Shown one piece after another: positions 28,223 to 38,231 of a stretch of 54,939 nt of DNA. The DNA lies in sequence record SRR31156797_10130, one strand, 5' to 3'. Below the pieces are notes generated by a model. It ran no database searches, was not told the origin of the DNA, and worked only from the letters and a program-made list of their open reading frames with translations. The stretch's first letter is position 1; every line of letters begins with the position of its first letter. Both the position numbers and the translations under genes were made by a program.

Positions 28223-29155
28223 TTATTTTCGAAGTATGGTTCCTGTATGCTGATCTAGTTCAGCTAACTTTTCGATTGAGGTAATAATCGCGGTTCTGGC
28301 TGCATCTTCTTCAACAAAATCAATCGCAGCTTCTATTTTTGGCAACATACTTCCCGCTGCAAAATGGCCTTCCTCGATGTAGCCCTTGGCTTGTGCCACA
28401 CTGATTTCCCCTAAGGCTTGCTGATTCGGCTGATTGTAATTGATGTAGATATTGTCGACACCGGTCAAAATGATCAGGCGATCGGCCTGCACGTCTTTTG
28501 CTAAGACACTGGCGGTAAAGTCTTTGTCGTTGACGGCTTCCACGCCAGTAAACCCATTATCGTTGCGAACGACAGGTACGCCACCGCCACCGGCACAAAT
28601 CGTGATCACACCTGCATCGACCAATGTTTTGATGGCTTCTTTTTCAACAATTTCTTGCGGTTTCGGCGATGGAACCACTTTGCGGTAACCACGCCCAGCA
28701 TCTTCTTGATATACCCCGCCATTGGCTGCCATCGCAGCATTGGCTTCCTCTTCACTATAAAAAGGTCCGACTGGTTTGGAAGGTCTCTCAAACGATGGAT
28801 CTGCTGGATCGACACGAACTTGGGTGACTAATGAGATTACCGATGGATGTGCTTGACGTGTGGCAAACTCATTGATCAAGGCATTTTGCAGCCAATAACC
28901 GATACTTCCTTGGGTCATCGCTACGCAGCTGTCTAATTTCAATTGGGGATTTTTTTCACTTTCCCCGGCTTTTTGCTGCAACAGCAAGTTGCCGACTTGT
29001 GGTCCATTGCCGTGACAAACAATGACTTTTTCCCCTTTTTCGACAAAATCGGCAATATAACGTGCTGCTTGCGCAACGACTGCTTTTTGTCCTTCATCAC
29101 TGGGGTCTTTATCTAAAATAGCATTGCCGCCTAAAGCGATCACATTCAAACTCAT
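28223..29155 (-). CDS. arcC: Carbamate kinase, copy 1
   Basis: ALGGNA, HGNGPQVG, EDAGRGYRKVVPSP and GSMLPK motifs; start 29155 overlaps the MFS stop. Confidence 0.93.
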   Translation of the reverse strand: MSLNVIALGGNAILDKDPSDEGQKAVVAQAARYIADFVEKGEKVIVCHGNGPQVGNLLLQQKAGESEKNPQLKLDSCVAMTQGSIGYWLQNALINEFATRQAHPSVISLVTQVRVDPADPSFERPSKPVGPFYSEEEANAAMAANGGVYQEDAGRGYRKVVPSPKPQEIVEKEAIKTLVDAGVITICAGGGGVPVVRNDNGFTGVEAVNDKDFTASVLAKDVQADRLIILTGVDNIYINYNQPNQQALGEISVAQAKGYIEEGHFAAGSMLPKIEAAIDFVEEDAARTAIITSIEKLAELDQHTGTILRK

Positions 29156-30402
29156 TTTATGCTCTCCTTCTGATTTTCCTTTGCTAATACGGCAAAAACA
29201 CCTAATCCGATCAGCAGTAATAGACAAGACAGGTAAAACCCGACCTGCATCGATCCTAAAGAATCGGCTAAAAAGCCAGTAACATAAGGCGCTAAGATCG
29301 ACCCCGACATCCCGATAAAGTTATAGGCACTCAAGGTTGTTCCTAAGGCGCCTTTTGGTGCGTTTTTCGTCACAAAGGTCACGACGATTGGATCAAGCGC
29401 CAGCTTGCCAGTCAATCCATACAAAATCAAAACAGTGATCAATAAGGTACGATCCGTTACAAAGGCAATGGCAAATACGGAAAGGGTCGCCAATGGGACC
29501 AATAAATAGACTAATTTTTTCGTCGCGCCAGTTTTATCATTCAATCGAGCAAAAATCAACGCACCTGGAATCGATGCCCATGGGACTAAGGAAGCAATAA
29601 AGCCGACACTCGCCCCTTCAAAGCCACGCTCGGCAATCAAGAATTGCGGCAGCCAAGTTATAATCACAAAGTTTGCATAAATGCTGGTAAAGCATAGAAC
29701 AAAGGCTGCCACGAGATTGCGGTTTGAAAAAATCTGCTTCAAGGAAATCTTTTCTTTTGGCCCCTCTTCTTTTATTTCTTGTCCTTCATCTTCTGGACGA
29801 ATCACTTTTTCTTTCAAAACAAAATAGAACAAGACACCGACGATCAAGGTCGGAAACGCCATTAGGAAGAAGGGTTGGCTCCAATGGCCCCCGTTATCCA
29901 AGACCAATTTACTAGAAAGCAAGTACCCGCCAGACGTTCCAAACGCCATCCCACTGTTGATAATGGCATTTCCGACGGTCCGTTTGTTGTCGGGAATCGC
30001 TTCGGTAGACAATGCGTATTGCGGACCGTAATAGGCACCTTGACCAATCCCTGCAATGGCACGAATCACTAAGAACAAAACGAAGCTTGTGGCTAGTCCA
30101 CTGAAGTAAGTAGTCACCGCCAATAAAACAAAACCTAGGGCGATCACCAATTTGCGACCGATTTTGTCGCCGATGATGCCAAAAGGAATTTGCGCAACGG
30201 CATATGTCAAAAAGAAAATACTATTGGCAAGTCCTAGTTGTGTGTTGCTTAAATTGAATTCTTCTCCGATCACACCCATGATTGGATTGAAGATCGTCCG
30301 TGTGGCGTACATTAAAATCCAGCCGACAAAGAAAATAGCAACGACTTTTTTCCAGTAAGAATTGCTTACTTTGACCGCATCTTTCTGGTTACTGATTTCC
30401 AT
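29152..30402 (-). CDS. MFS transporter, copy 1
   Basis: 12-TM hydrophobic pattern, motif A GIIGDKIGRK. Confidence 0.92.
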   Translation of the reverse strand: MEISNQKDAVKVSNSYWKKVVAIFFVGWILMYATRTIFNPIMGVIGEEFNLSNTQLGLANSIFFLTYAVAQIPFGIIGDKIGRKLVIALGFVLLAVTTYFSGLATSFVLFLVIRAIAGIGQGAYYGPQYALSTEAIPDNKRTVGNAIINSGMAFGTSGGYLLSSKLVLDNGGHWSQPFFLMAFPTLIVGVLFYFVLKEKVIRPEDEGQEIKEEGPKEKISLKQIFSNRNLVAAFVLCFTSIYANFVIITWLPQFLIAERGFEGASVGFIASLVPWASIPGALIFARLNDKTGATKKLVYLLVPLATLSVFAIAFVTDRTLLITVLILYGLTGKLALDPIVVTFVTKNAPKGALGTTLSAYNFIGMSGSILAPYVTGFLADSLGSMQVGFYLSCLLLLIGLGVFAVLAKENQKESIK

Positions 30403-30417
30403 GATTTCTCCCCATTT

Positions 30418-31239
30418 CTATTCTTTTTCCTCAAGTGACAATGACTCCAACGCTAACAAGAACCCAAAACTAAGATCTTTGCCTGACGAATGACCAACGG
30501 ACATCAACTGCTGCACATCTTTTTCAATCACTTGTGGGTTTTGCTTTTTTAAGTCTTTGAATAATTGCAGCATCAGAGAATTGACATACCCTTGACTGGC
30601 ACTTTGAATATAAGCAAGGCTGACATCCGTCGTAGACAGCGGTTTTGCCAATGCTTGCGCTAACGCGTCAGCTTCCGGCTGCTGCAAGGCATAGAGCATC
30701 GCTTGATAGGCAACTAAAAGATCATCGCCGCTAGGTGTCAATCCTTTGCCGCGGCCAATCAGGTGAGCAATGATTGGTTCCCAATCTGAGACAGGCTGCC
30801 GCAATGCCGCAAACACTGCTTGGGTTTTCTCATCTTCGGGCAACCCAATCTTGGTTTCTAGTTTTTGTTGAAGCAGGATTTCTTTCAAAAGCTGCAATTC
30901 CGCAGAGGTGAAGGATAGCTCCTTCACCTGCAGCGAAACCAATTCTTTTTCCTCTAATGAAAGAGAAAATGTTCCTTTTGTGCTGTAAAAGGTCAGACCA
31001 TGCTCTCGGACTTGCACGCGATTGCCGACCTCGATCAAAGGCAGGACTTGCTCAAACAATGCATCTGGTAAAAAGACTCCGAAGCCAGTCAAATAGTTGC
31101 GATAGTTGTTGATATTGACCAGCTGCTGCCCGATCATCACATTGAATGAACGATCAAACACGCTATGCACCCGACCGGTACGACCGAATCGTTGCAATGG
31201 GTCTAGATAATCACTGATTTTGATTTTCTCAGTCAACAT
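30418..31239 (-). CDS. DUF2877 / YlbF (AllH-like oxamate carbamoyltransferase subunit), copy 1
   Basis: LIGRGKGLTPSGDD, STTDVS and GHSSGKD motifs. Confidence 0.88.
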   Translation of the reverse strand: MLTEKIKISDYLDPLQRFGRTGRVHSVFDRSFNVMIGQQLVNINNYRNYLTGFGVFLPDALFEQVLPLIEVGNRVQVREHGLTFYSTKGTFSLSLEEKELVSLQVKELSFTSAELQLLKEILLQQKLETKIGLPEDEKTQAVFAALRQPVSDWEPIIAHLIGRGKGLTPSGDDLLVAYQAMLYALQQPEADALAQALAKPLSTTDVSLAYIQSASQGYVNSLMLQLFKDLKKQNPQVIEKDVQQLMSVGHSSGKDLSFGFLLALESLSLEEKE

Positions 31240-34237
31240 CGATCCCCAGATCCTTCGCATAAGCCGTCAAGGCATTTTCAAAACAGCCTAACGGTGCACG
31301 CACCGTCCCTGCACCGACTTGACCGACACCTGCTTCTTTATGGGCGATCCCAGTATTGATGATTGGGGTGATGCCTGTTTCAACGACTTTCCGGATGTCG
31401 ATCCCCAAACAAGTCCCCTGGAAGTCCCATGTTGGGATCGAGAAGGTCGGATTATGACCGAAACAGATTTTTGCCATTTCATTGGAAGTTTCTAGCGCAT
31501 CTTCAAAGCCACCAGCGCCGACAAAGCGTGTTACACCTGGTGCGGCTACCATCGCCATTGCTCCGACACCGACGGTTTCAGTAATGGCACTGTCCCCAAT
31601 ATCAGGATTGCCATCTGCTTCGGTAAACCCAGTAAAGTACAAACCTTTCGGCGTATTGACTGGTGCAGTATGCCATTGGTCTTCTGTTTGGGCGACACGA
31701 ACCCCAAAATTGACGCCGTTTCTCGTCATGGTGGTCACGATCGTTCCTTTGGCATCGACACGGGCACCGTCAACGATGGCTTTGCCGGTTGCCATCATGA
31801 TATTCAAGAAGAACTGATCGGTATCTGCTAAGAACTTGATCACTTCATATTTTTGCTTTTCATCGATTTCTGTTTGGATGATCAACGGCGCGATCTCTTT
31901 CAAGAAGTTCAATGATGCTGCAATATTTCGTTGATGGAATTCATCCCCCATTGTGATCGACCGGGCAATCAATACATTCAAATTGATGCCTTCTTCAGTT
32001 AGTTTTAATGCCTTGGCAATGGTTGGTCCTAAGACGTCTTTGATCCAATCCAAACGATCGATGACTTCTTGTGAATAGGCACCAAATCGTAAGACTTTAC
32101 CGATCCCTTCGTTCAAAATACAGTAGGCTTTGTTGCCGACAAGGCGGTTTTCAACCACAAAGACAGGCATATTCCCAGAAGTGATTCCCCCCATTGGTCC
32201 AACTGCCTGGACATGGTGACATGGCATAAAGCGGACTTCCCCACTTTCGAGTAAGCGGCGGGCTTCGTCTTCATCTTTCGCCCAGCGTTCAAACAAGGCA
32301 GCGCCGATACAAGACCCTTGCATCGGTCCCGTCATTTCCGACCATTGGATCGGCGGTCCTGCATGCAGCAAGGTTTTCTGACTTTCGTTTAATTCAGCGA
32401 TCACTGATTTAGCCGGAACGACATCGATCAAGAATGGTTGGGCATTTTTGATTTTATCCGTCACTGCTTGGTTTTCATCTGTGATTTTTTCGTCAAATTC
32501 TTCTAACGCGTCTAAAATACGGATCATTTTCTTGTTGCCGTTGGCACGAGGACGCCAGTTGAATTGTTCTGTTTTCCCGCCATATTGCAGGATCGATTCA
32601 TTGAAGCTTTGCAAGCCAACATTGATGATCCGTGGTTTGGTGGTCAACAGCTCCATTACTTTCTCGCTGACTGTCGGCACCTCAACCTTGCTACCAGTAT
32701 AGTCATTGACTGTTTTGTCTGCTTCAGAAAGAGTCGCCCCTTTTAAAGCTAGGGCTAATTGCACTGCTTGAGCATTGCTCGGTGCCACATAGACGCCAGC
32801 TGCTTTCAAACGGTTGACTGCTTCTTGGTAGTTTTGCGGATCTTTTTCAGTTCCGCAGACGGTAGCAACAAAGTACAACGCGCGATCAGCTGCTTGGGCT
32901 GTTTGCTGTGCAGCTTCGATAGCTGGTAACAAAGCTCCTACCATATCTGTATGCGCGCCGTAACCTAGCACCACATCAAATAAAATGACCCCGGTTTGCT
33001 CATCTTGCGCATAGTCTTCGATTTTTTTGATGCGCACTTCAGGATCGATCATTGGATGCGGTTTGCCTTGGGTATAGATATCATCACCAAGGTCGATCAC
33101 ATCATAGCCGTGGGAATGCAAGATATAGCCTTCTTGTTTTACAAGGCCTTCTAGATTCAAGGCTTCGGAGATCAGCATTCCTGCTTCGGCAGCTAATGTA
33201 CCGCCAGAATAAAGACCTTTGACCACTTTGTCTTCAGCGAGTTTGGGCACATCTGGGGATTTCACGCGTTCAAAATAGTTCGCTTTGACGGGTTCTTCAT
33301 TGGCAAGATCAACAGCGATACGCGCTGTTTCTTCCAGCGTATGTGCCAAATAGACTTTTCCTTCATGGGCTTCTGGTTTTTCTCCTAAGAAAATCGCTAC
33401 CACAGGTTTGCTGATACTTTGCAGCAATTGAACGACTTCATCCCGCACTTCTTTTGCAGGTGGTTTCGAGATCACGCAAATCACATCTGTCGGTTCATGA
33501 TTTTCTAAAGCAACGATGGCATCTTTGACAGTGATCGCCCCAACTTTGTCGCTTAAGTCACGTCCGCCGGTCCCGATGGCATGAACGACACCACCGCCTA
33601 ATCGGTCAATGATCGTCGTCACTTCTTGAATCCCCGTACCAGAGGCACCAACGACGCCGATGTTTCCTGGTGCCACGACATTCGTGAAGGCAATCGGAAT
33701 GCTAGAAATAATACCAGTCCCACAGTCAGGCCCCATCATCAATAAGCCTTTTTCATGAGCCAGCTTTTTCAAACGCACTTCATCTTCGATAGCGACATTG
33801 TCCGTAAACGAGAAAACATGCAAGTCATTTTTTAGCGCTTTTTCCATCTCGGCTGCGCCATATTCCCCAGGAATACTAAATAATGCAACATTGGCATCTG
33901 GCATTGCGCTCAAGGCTTCTTGCCATGAAGCCGCCGCTGGCGTTTCTTTGCCTTGATCTTTTGCTGAAAGATCAGCTAAAAATGAATCGATCGCTGGCAT
34001 TACTTGATCCATGATCTGTTCGTTTTGGCTATCGACCACGATCATCATATCGTTGGGTGAAGCACCTTCTGCCTCTTTAGAAAGCAATCCAGTGTTATTT
34101 AATATGTCTTTGTTTGCATCCGTCCCCATCATGATTTGACTCATTTCGACATCGCCTAGATCATTGATCGTATTCGTCAGCAGCATTAAGTTAATGGAAT
34201 CTTGGTAGTTATTCTTTAAGATTACTGTGTGCAGCAT
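31229..34237 (-). CDS. fdrA: FdrA-YlbE(DUF1116) fusion (AllF-AllG-like)
   Basis: N-half: MGPDCGT, GASGTGIQE, GKPHPMIDP; C-half: LHAGPP, GKVLRFGAY, MGDEFHQRN, DIGDSAITE; one continuous 1002-aa frame. Confidence 0.92.
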   Translation of the reverse strand: MLHTVILKNNYQDSINLMLLTNTINDLGDVEMSQIMMGTDANKDILNNTGLLSKEAEGASPNDMMIVVDSQNEQIMDQVMPAIDSFLADLSAKDQGKETPAAASWQEALSAMPDANVALFSIPGEYGAAEMEKALKNDLHVFSFTDNVAIEDEVRLKKLAHEKGLLMMGPDCGTGIISSIPIAFTNVVAPGNIGVVGASGTGIQEVTTIIDRLGGGVVHAIGTGGRDLSDKVGAITVKDAIVALENHEPTDVICVISKPPAKEVRDEVVQLLQSISKPVVAIFLGEKPEAHEGKVYLAHTLEETARIAVDLANEEPVKANYFERVKSPDVPKLAEDKVVKGLYSGGTLAAEAGMLISEALNLEGLVKQEGYILHSHGYDVIDLGDDIYTQGKPHPMIDPEVRIKKIEDYAQDEQTGVILFDVVLGYGAHTDMVGALLPAIEAAQQTAQAADRALYFVATVCGTEKDPQNYQEAVNRLKAAGVYVAPSNAQAVQLALALKGATLSEADKTVNDYTGSKVEVPTVSEKVMELLTTKPRIINVGLQSFNESILQYGGKTEQFNWRPRANGNKKMIRILDALEEFDEKITDENQAVTDKIKNAQPFLIDVVPAKSVIAELNESQKTLLHAGPPIQWSEMTGPMQGSCIGAALFERWAKDEDEARRLLESGEVRFMPCHHVQAVGPMGGITSGNMPVFVVENRLVGNKAYCILNEGIGKVLRFGAYSQEVIDRLDWIKDVLGPTIAKALKLTEEGINLNVLIARSITMGDEFHQRNIAASLNFLKEIAPLIIQTEIDEKQKYEVIKFLADTDQFFLNIMMATGKAIVDGARVDAKGTIVTTMTRNGVNFGVRVAQTEDQWHTAPVNTPKGLYFTGFTEADGNPDIGDSAITETVGVGAMAMVAAPGVTRFVGAGGFEDALETSNEMAKICFGHNPTFSIPTWDFQGTCLGIDIRKVVETGITPIINTGIAHKEAGVGQVGAGTVRAPLGCFENALTAYAKDLGIDVD

Positions 34238-34278
34238 TTGTTCTCCTCCTTTTCTTATACTCTCATTCTAACGAGCCT

Positions 34279-34332
34279 TGTTTGCGTTTTCATTGGATAA
34301 AGTTCTAAAAAAATGCTATACTTTTTATCCAA
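34279..34332. promoter_or_regulatory. cre site plus PucR-like box/inverted repeat in the divergent fdrA-pucR spacer
   Basis: Minus-strand TGAAAACGCAAACA (34292-34279); TTTCATTGGATAA (34288-34300); TTGGATAAA..TTTATCCAA inverted repeat. Confidence 0.6.
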
Positions 34333-34353
34333 AAGAGAAAAAAGGAGCATTTT

Positions 34354-35931
34354 ATGAAATTAAAAGAATTGGTTGAACTGCCGCTTTTTGAAAAAAGTAA
34401 AGTCCTGACTGGCTCCATTGGTTTAACAAATTCCGTTGGTTCCGTTATGGTGTTGGAAGCGATGGATATCGAAAAATGGAGCAAAGCCCATCAATTGATT
34501 TTGACTTCTTTTTATGCCTTCAAAGACCAATCGCCTGAGGAACTGCGTGTTTTTTTTGAAAAAATGCAGCAAATCGGTGTCAGCGGTTTAGTGATCAAAG
34601 TGGATCGCTTGATCCCTATGATTCCAGATTGGGTGATTGAGCTTAGCTTTGCTTATCAGATCCCTTTGATCAAAGTACAGCAAGAAGTCAGCTATGAAGC
34701 CATCATGCTAGCGGTTTACGAACCATTGCTGAATCACCAAACCCAGCTGCTGCGTACCTATTACGAAGTTCGTCAGCGCTTCATGAAAGTCGAGCGCAAC
34801 CACTCTTCTTTCGATCAGATCATGCAAGAGTTCTATCAATTGATCGAAAAGCCTTGTTCTTTGCGCATCCCCCATTTAGATGTGCATGTGTCCGTCGGTC
34901 AATCCTTTAAGAATTTCGTGGTGACCAAACAAGAACCCATGAAAACCGTCGAGTTTACCAAGAACCACTACGAATATTTAGAATTATTTTCTCATGAGAA
35001 CAATCAATATGTGACTGCCATCAAAGTAGAGATCATCAATCCTTACAATGATTTATGTACCTTGATCGTTTATCAGAAAGATTCGCAGATCCCTGAGGCA
35101 AAAGTCATGATTATTGAAAATGTGATCGACGTCATCTATGAACGCCTCCAAATGGCGTATTTGTTGAAGAAAGAGCGCTACAATCGCATGAACAATCTTG
35201 CCGATGCGATCTTGCAAAACACTCCTAGCAATTTGGCTGAGCTGGATCTTTTGTTAGAAGAAGCGCAACTGGATCGCTACGATTTCTACCAAGGCATCGC
35301 CTTTGCTTCCAACAGCTTTAAAGATAAGGAGCGTAAGTCCGTCGTTTTGCACAAGCTACGGGCGTTGAAAACACCCCACGTCTTTTTTGAACACCACAAT
35401 TATTTGGTGATCCTCTATAATTTCCAATCGATCGCCCATCAGGTGACGAAACAGATGCTGCAGACATATTTTGATGATGCCCTGCTAGCCGATGAACATG
35501 GCTGCTTGGTGGTCAGCGAAGTCTTGCGCAAGGAACAGATCAAAGAGATCCTGCCAGAGTGTTTGGATGCGATTCGCTTCAATCGGCAGTTTTATTTGGC
35601 GCCGATCATTGCCTATAGCGACTTAGGTATCTTTAGTTCCTTTATCAAGGAGAACCAACTGGAAAAGCTGCAGCAAAGCATTCCCCCGAAGCTGTATCAA
35701 CTCTCGGAAGAAAATGAAGAGCTGTTCAAAACGCTATATACCTTTTTTATCACGAATCGCAATTACAAAAATACGGCTGAAACCTTGTTTCTTCATGCCA
35801 AAACGATTCGTTATCGGCTAAGCAAAATCGAACAGCTACTAGAGATCGATCTGACAAGTCCGATCCAATTAGTCAATTACGAGATCGGCACCTATTTATT
35901 AGAGCTTCAGAAAAGGAGTCAAGCAAAATGA
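34354..35931 (+). CDS. PucR-family transcriptional regulator, copy 1
   Basis: N-terminal PucR domain (VMVLEA.D, LILTS); C-terminal HTH TAETLFLHAKTIRYRL. Confidence 0.9.
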   Translation: MKLKELVELPLFEKSKVLTGSIGLTNSVGSVMVLEAMDIEKWSKAHQLILTSFYAFKDQSPEELRVFFEKMQQIGVSGLVIKVDRLIPMIPDWVIELSFAYQIPLIKVQQEVSYEAIMLAVYEPLLNHQTQLLRTYYEVRQRFMKVERNHSSFDQIMQEFYQLIEKPCSLRIPHLDVHVSVGQSFKNFVVTKQEPMKTVEFTKNHYEYLELFSHENNQYVTAIKVEIINPYNDLCTLIVYQKDSQIPEAKVMIIENVIDVIYERLQMAYLLKKERYNRMNNLADAILQNTPSNLAELDLLLEEAQLDRYDFYQGIAFASNSFKDKERKSVVLHKLRALKTPHVFFEHHNYLVILYNFQSIAHQVTKQMLQTYFDDALLADEHGCLVVSEVLRKEQIKEILPECLDAIRFNRQFYLAPIIAYSDLGIFSSFIKENQLEKLQQSIPPKLYQLSEENEELFKTLYTFFITNRNYKNTAETLFLHAKTIRYRLSKIEQLLEIDLTSPIQLVNYEIGTYLLELQKRSQAK

Positions 35932-36725
35932 AAAAAGAATGGCAATTGACCACCGGTGCTTCCGTGACCCTCTATCCTGCTTCGGAGAAATACCTGATTT
36001 ATTTTCACGGCGGCGGTTTTGTTTATGGAACCCGCCAAGACATTCCCGCATCACTGATCACACTATTTCAAGCGCAGCAATACAGCGTCCTCACAGTCGA
36101 TTATTTACTGGCGCCCAATTCCTCGTTAGCGGAGATTTTGGCGCTGAACTGGCAAAATTTTCAAGAATTGCAAGCAACTGTGCTTAAAGATAACCCGTTT
36201 TGTTTCTGCGGACGCTCAGCTGGCGGTTATTTGATGCTGGCGCTTACCCAGCAATTACTGAAGGAACAACAGAGATTGCCTGAAAAACTGGTCAATTTTT
36301 ATGGGTATACCGATCTTTCTTTTATTGAAAACAAACGAGTCTTGCAGCAGCCGCTCTTAAGCAAAGAGCAAGTCCCTTCTTTGGATCAAACCGAGATCGT
36401 TTGGGATGATCCGCAGTTTCAGCGCTATTTGCCTTATGTTTATTGGGTTCAACAGCAAGAACTCACAACGATCTATGGTCTAACAGCTGAAGCTCTTTCT
36501 GACTATGCCATTGATCCTGAGCTGCTTGCTCAATTTCCTCCAATTTTCAGCAGTGCCAGCAGTACCGATGAGGAAGTTCCTTTTCGTTACAGCAAAGGCT
36601 TGAAGAAAGTGCCTAAAAGCAAATTTGTCCCTGTCTATGATTTGCCCCACGACTTTTTGAAAAACGTCGAGGAGCCGCAAGTCCAAATGGTTTTTCAACG
36701 GCTTGCCCGTTGGCTCGAACAATAA
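35928..36725 (+). CDS. Alpha/beta hydrolase (HSL-like), copy 1
   Basis: FHGGG, DYLLAP, GRSAGG, DEEVP and HDF triad motifs; ATGA overlap with pucR. Confidence 0.9.
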   Translation: MKKEWQLTTGASVTLYPASEKYLIYFHGGGFVYGTRQDIPASLITLFQAQQYSVLTVDYLLAPNSSLAEILALNWQNFQELQATVLKDNPFCFCGRSAGGYLMLALTQQLLKEQQRLPEKLVNFYGYTDLSFIENKRVLQQPLLSKEQVPSLDQTEIVWDDPQFQRYLPYVYWVQQQELTTIYGLTAEALSDYAIDPELLAQFPPIFSSASSTDEEVPFRYSKGLKKVPKSKFVPVYDLPHDFLKNVEEPQVQMVFQRLARWLEQ

Positions 36726-36929
36726 TTTGTTACAAGTAAAGTGAAAATAATGTTTTTTTATTTCGACGAGTGCACAGAAAAACTCTGATTGCCTTCGCTT
36801 CCTCCTTATCTCAAAAAACGTGTGGTTTAATGAAACTCTTTTAATAAAAAAAGGCTTGATACAGGCTCAATTCAAGAGAGAATGCTATACTAAAGGGGAG
36901 TATGTTATAGGAAAGAAGGATGAGGTTTT

Positions 36930-38075
36930 ATGCATTTTGTCGGGATTTTGTGTTTGATCCTAATCACGACGACCCTCTTCTCGCATCTGGCGAGACGGAT
37001 GGGCGTTCCTGCTGTTATCGGGCAGTTGTTAGCGGGGGTTTTATTAGGAGGCGCAGGACTCAATTGGGTCCATCCAGATATTCTGGTTCATGATTTTTCA
37101 GAGATTGGTGTTATTTTGCTGATGTTTTTAGCGGGATTGGAAAGTGATATTTCTTTATTGAAACGCTATTTTCGTCCAGGGATGCTCGTTGCCCTTTTGG
37201 GGATCGTGTTCCCTATGCTCTTCGGGTATGCCACGGGGGTCGGTTTTCAAAGCAGTCCCACAGAAGCGTTCTTTTTCGGGATCGTATTAGCTGCCACCTC
37301 AGTCAGTATTTCTGTCGAAGTATTGAAAGAGTTGAATGTGGTGAATACGAAAGAAGGGTCGACGATTCTTGGTGCTTCCGTCGTGGATGATATTTTGGTC
37401 GTGTTGGTTTTGAGTCTTAGCCTTTCCTTTTTAGGCGGCGAAAGCAGCCAAGCAACACCACTGCCGGTCACCTTATTGGTAGAATTGATTTATTTTGTGT
37501 TGATTTTTCTATTAGTGAAATGGATTGCTCCGTTCTTATTGGCACTTGCAGAAAAGCTATTTGCAAATTCCGCGGTGATCATCATGTCACTGATCATCTG
37601 CTTAGGAATGGCGTATCTTGCTGACCTCGTTGGGTTAAGCTCGGTCATTGGTGCCTTCTTCGCAGGGATCGCTGTCAGTCAAACGAAGGTTCGTGAGGAA
37701 GTGGAACACAGTGTCGAAGCATTAGGTTACGCCGTCTTCATTCCGGTGTTCTTTGTCAGCGTTGGCTTAGAAGTTGATTTTTCCCGCTTAAATGAGCAAT
37801 TATTCTTTATTCTTGCCTTTACCGTGGTCGCGATCATGACCAAATTGGTCGGCGGCTATGTCGGGGCGAAAATCGCGAAATTCTCAAACAACAGTGCTTG
37901 GATGGTGGGAGCTGGAATGATTTCCCGAGGTGAAATGGCATTGATCATTTTACAGATTGGTCAACAAAACCAATTGATTTCGTCCGCATTGTATTCCCCT
38001 TTGGTGATCGTTGTCTTGTTGAGTACCTTGATCTCTCCCCTGATCTTAAAATACTTTACGAAAAAGATTTATTAA
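36930..38075 (+). CDS. Cation:proton antiporter (CPA2, NapA-like)
   Basis: LMFLAGLE, ATSVSIS, VVDD, FIPVFF and GMISRGE motifs. Confidence 0.92.
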   Translation: MHFVGILCLILITTTLFSHLARRMGVPAVIGQLLAGVLLGGAGLNWVHPDILVHDFSEIGVILLMFLAGLESDISLLKRYFRPGMLVALLGIVFPMLFGYATGVGFQSSPTEAFFFGIVLAATSVSISVEVLKELNVVNTKEGSTILGASVVDDILVVLVLSLSLSFLGGESSQATPLPVTLLVELIYFVLIFLLVKWIAPFLLALAEKLFANSAVIIMSLIICLGMAYLADLVGLSSVIGAFFAGIAVSQTKVREEVEHSVEALGYAVFIPVFFVSVGLEVDFSRLNEQLFFILAFTVVAIMTKLVGGYVGAKIAKFSNNSAWMVGAGMISRGEMALIILQIGQQNQLISSALYSPLVIVVLLSTLISPLILKYFTKKIY

Positions 38076-38112
38076 GCGATGTAGCAACAGCTAGGCGATA
38101 CCGATGATTGCG

Positions 38113-38201
38113 AAAAAAACAGCGCGGGTTTTGTAGTGACCGCTCAACGGCCGATTGTTGATCGAACGTTGGGCGGTCGCTTCCTTTCCCGCGCTGTTTT
38201 T
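38113..38201. terminator. Long imperfect hairpin / bidirectional terminator
   Basis: AAAAACAGCGCGGG..GTGACCGCTCAACG..CGTTGGGCGGTCGC..CCCGCGCTGTTTTT. Confidence 0.7.
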
Positions 38202-38231
38202 CTCTATACAGGTATAAAAGCGACTATGCTG

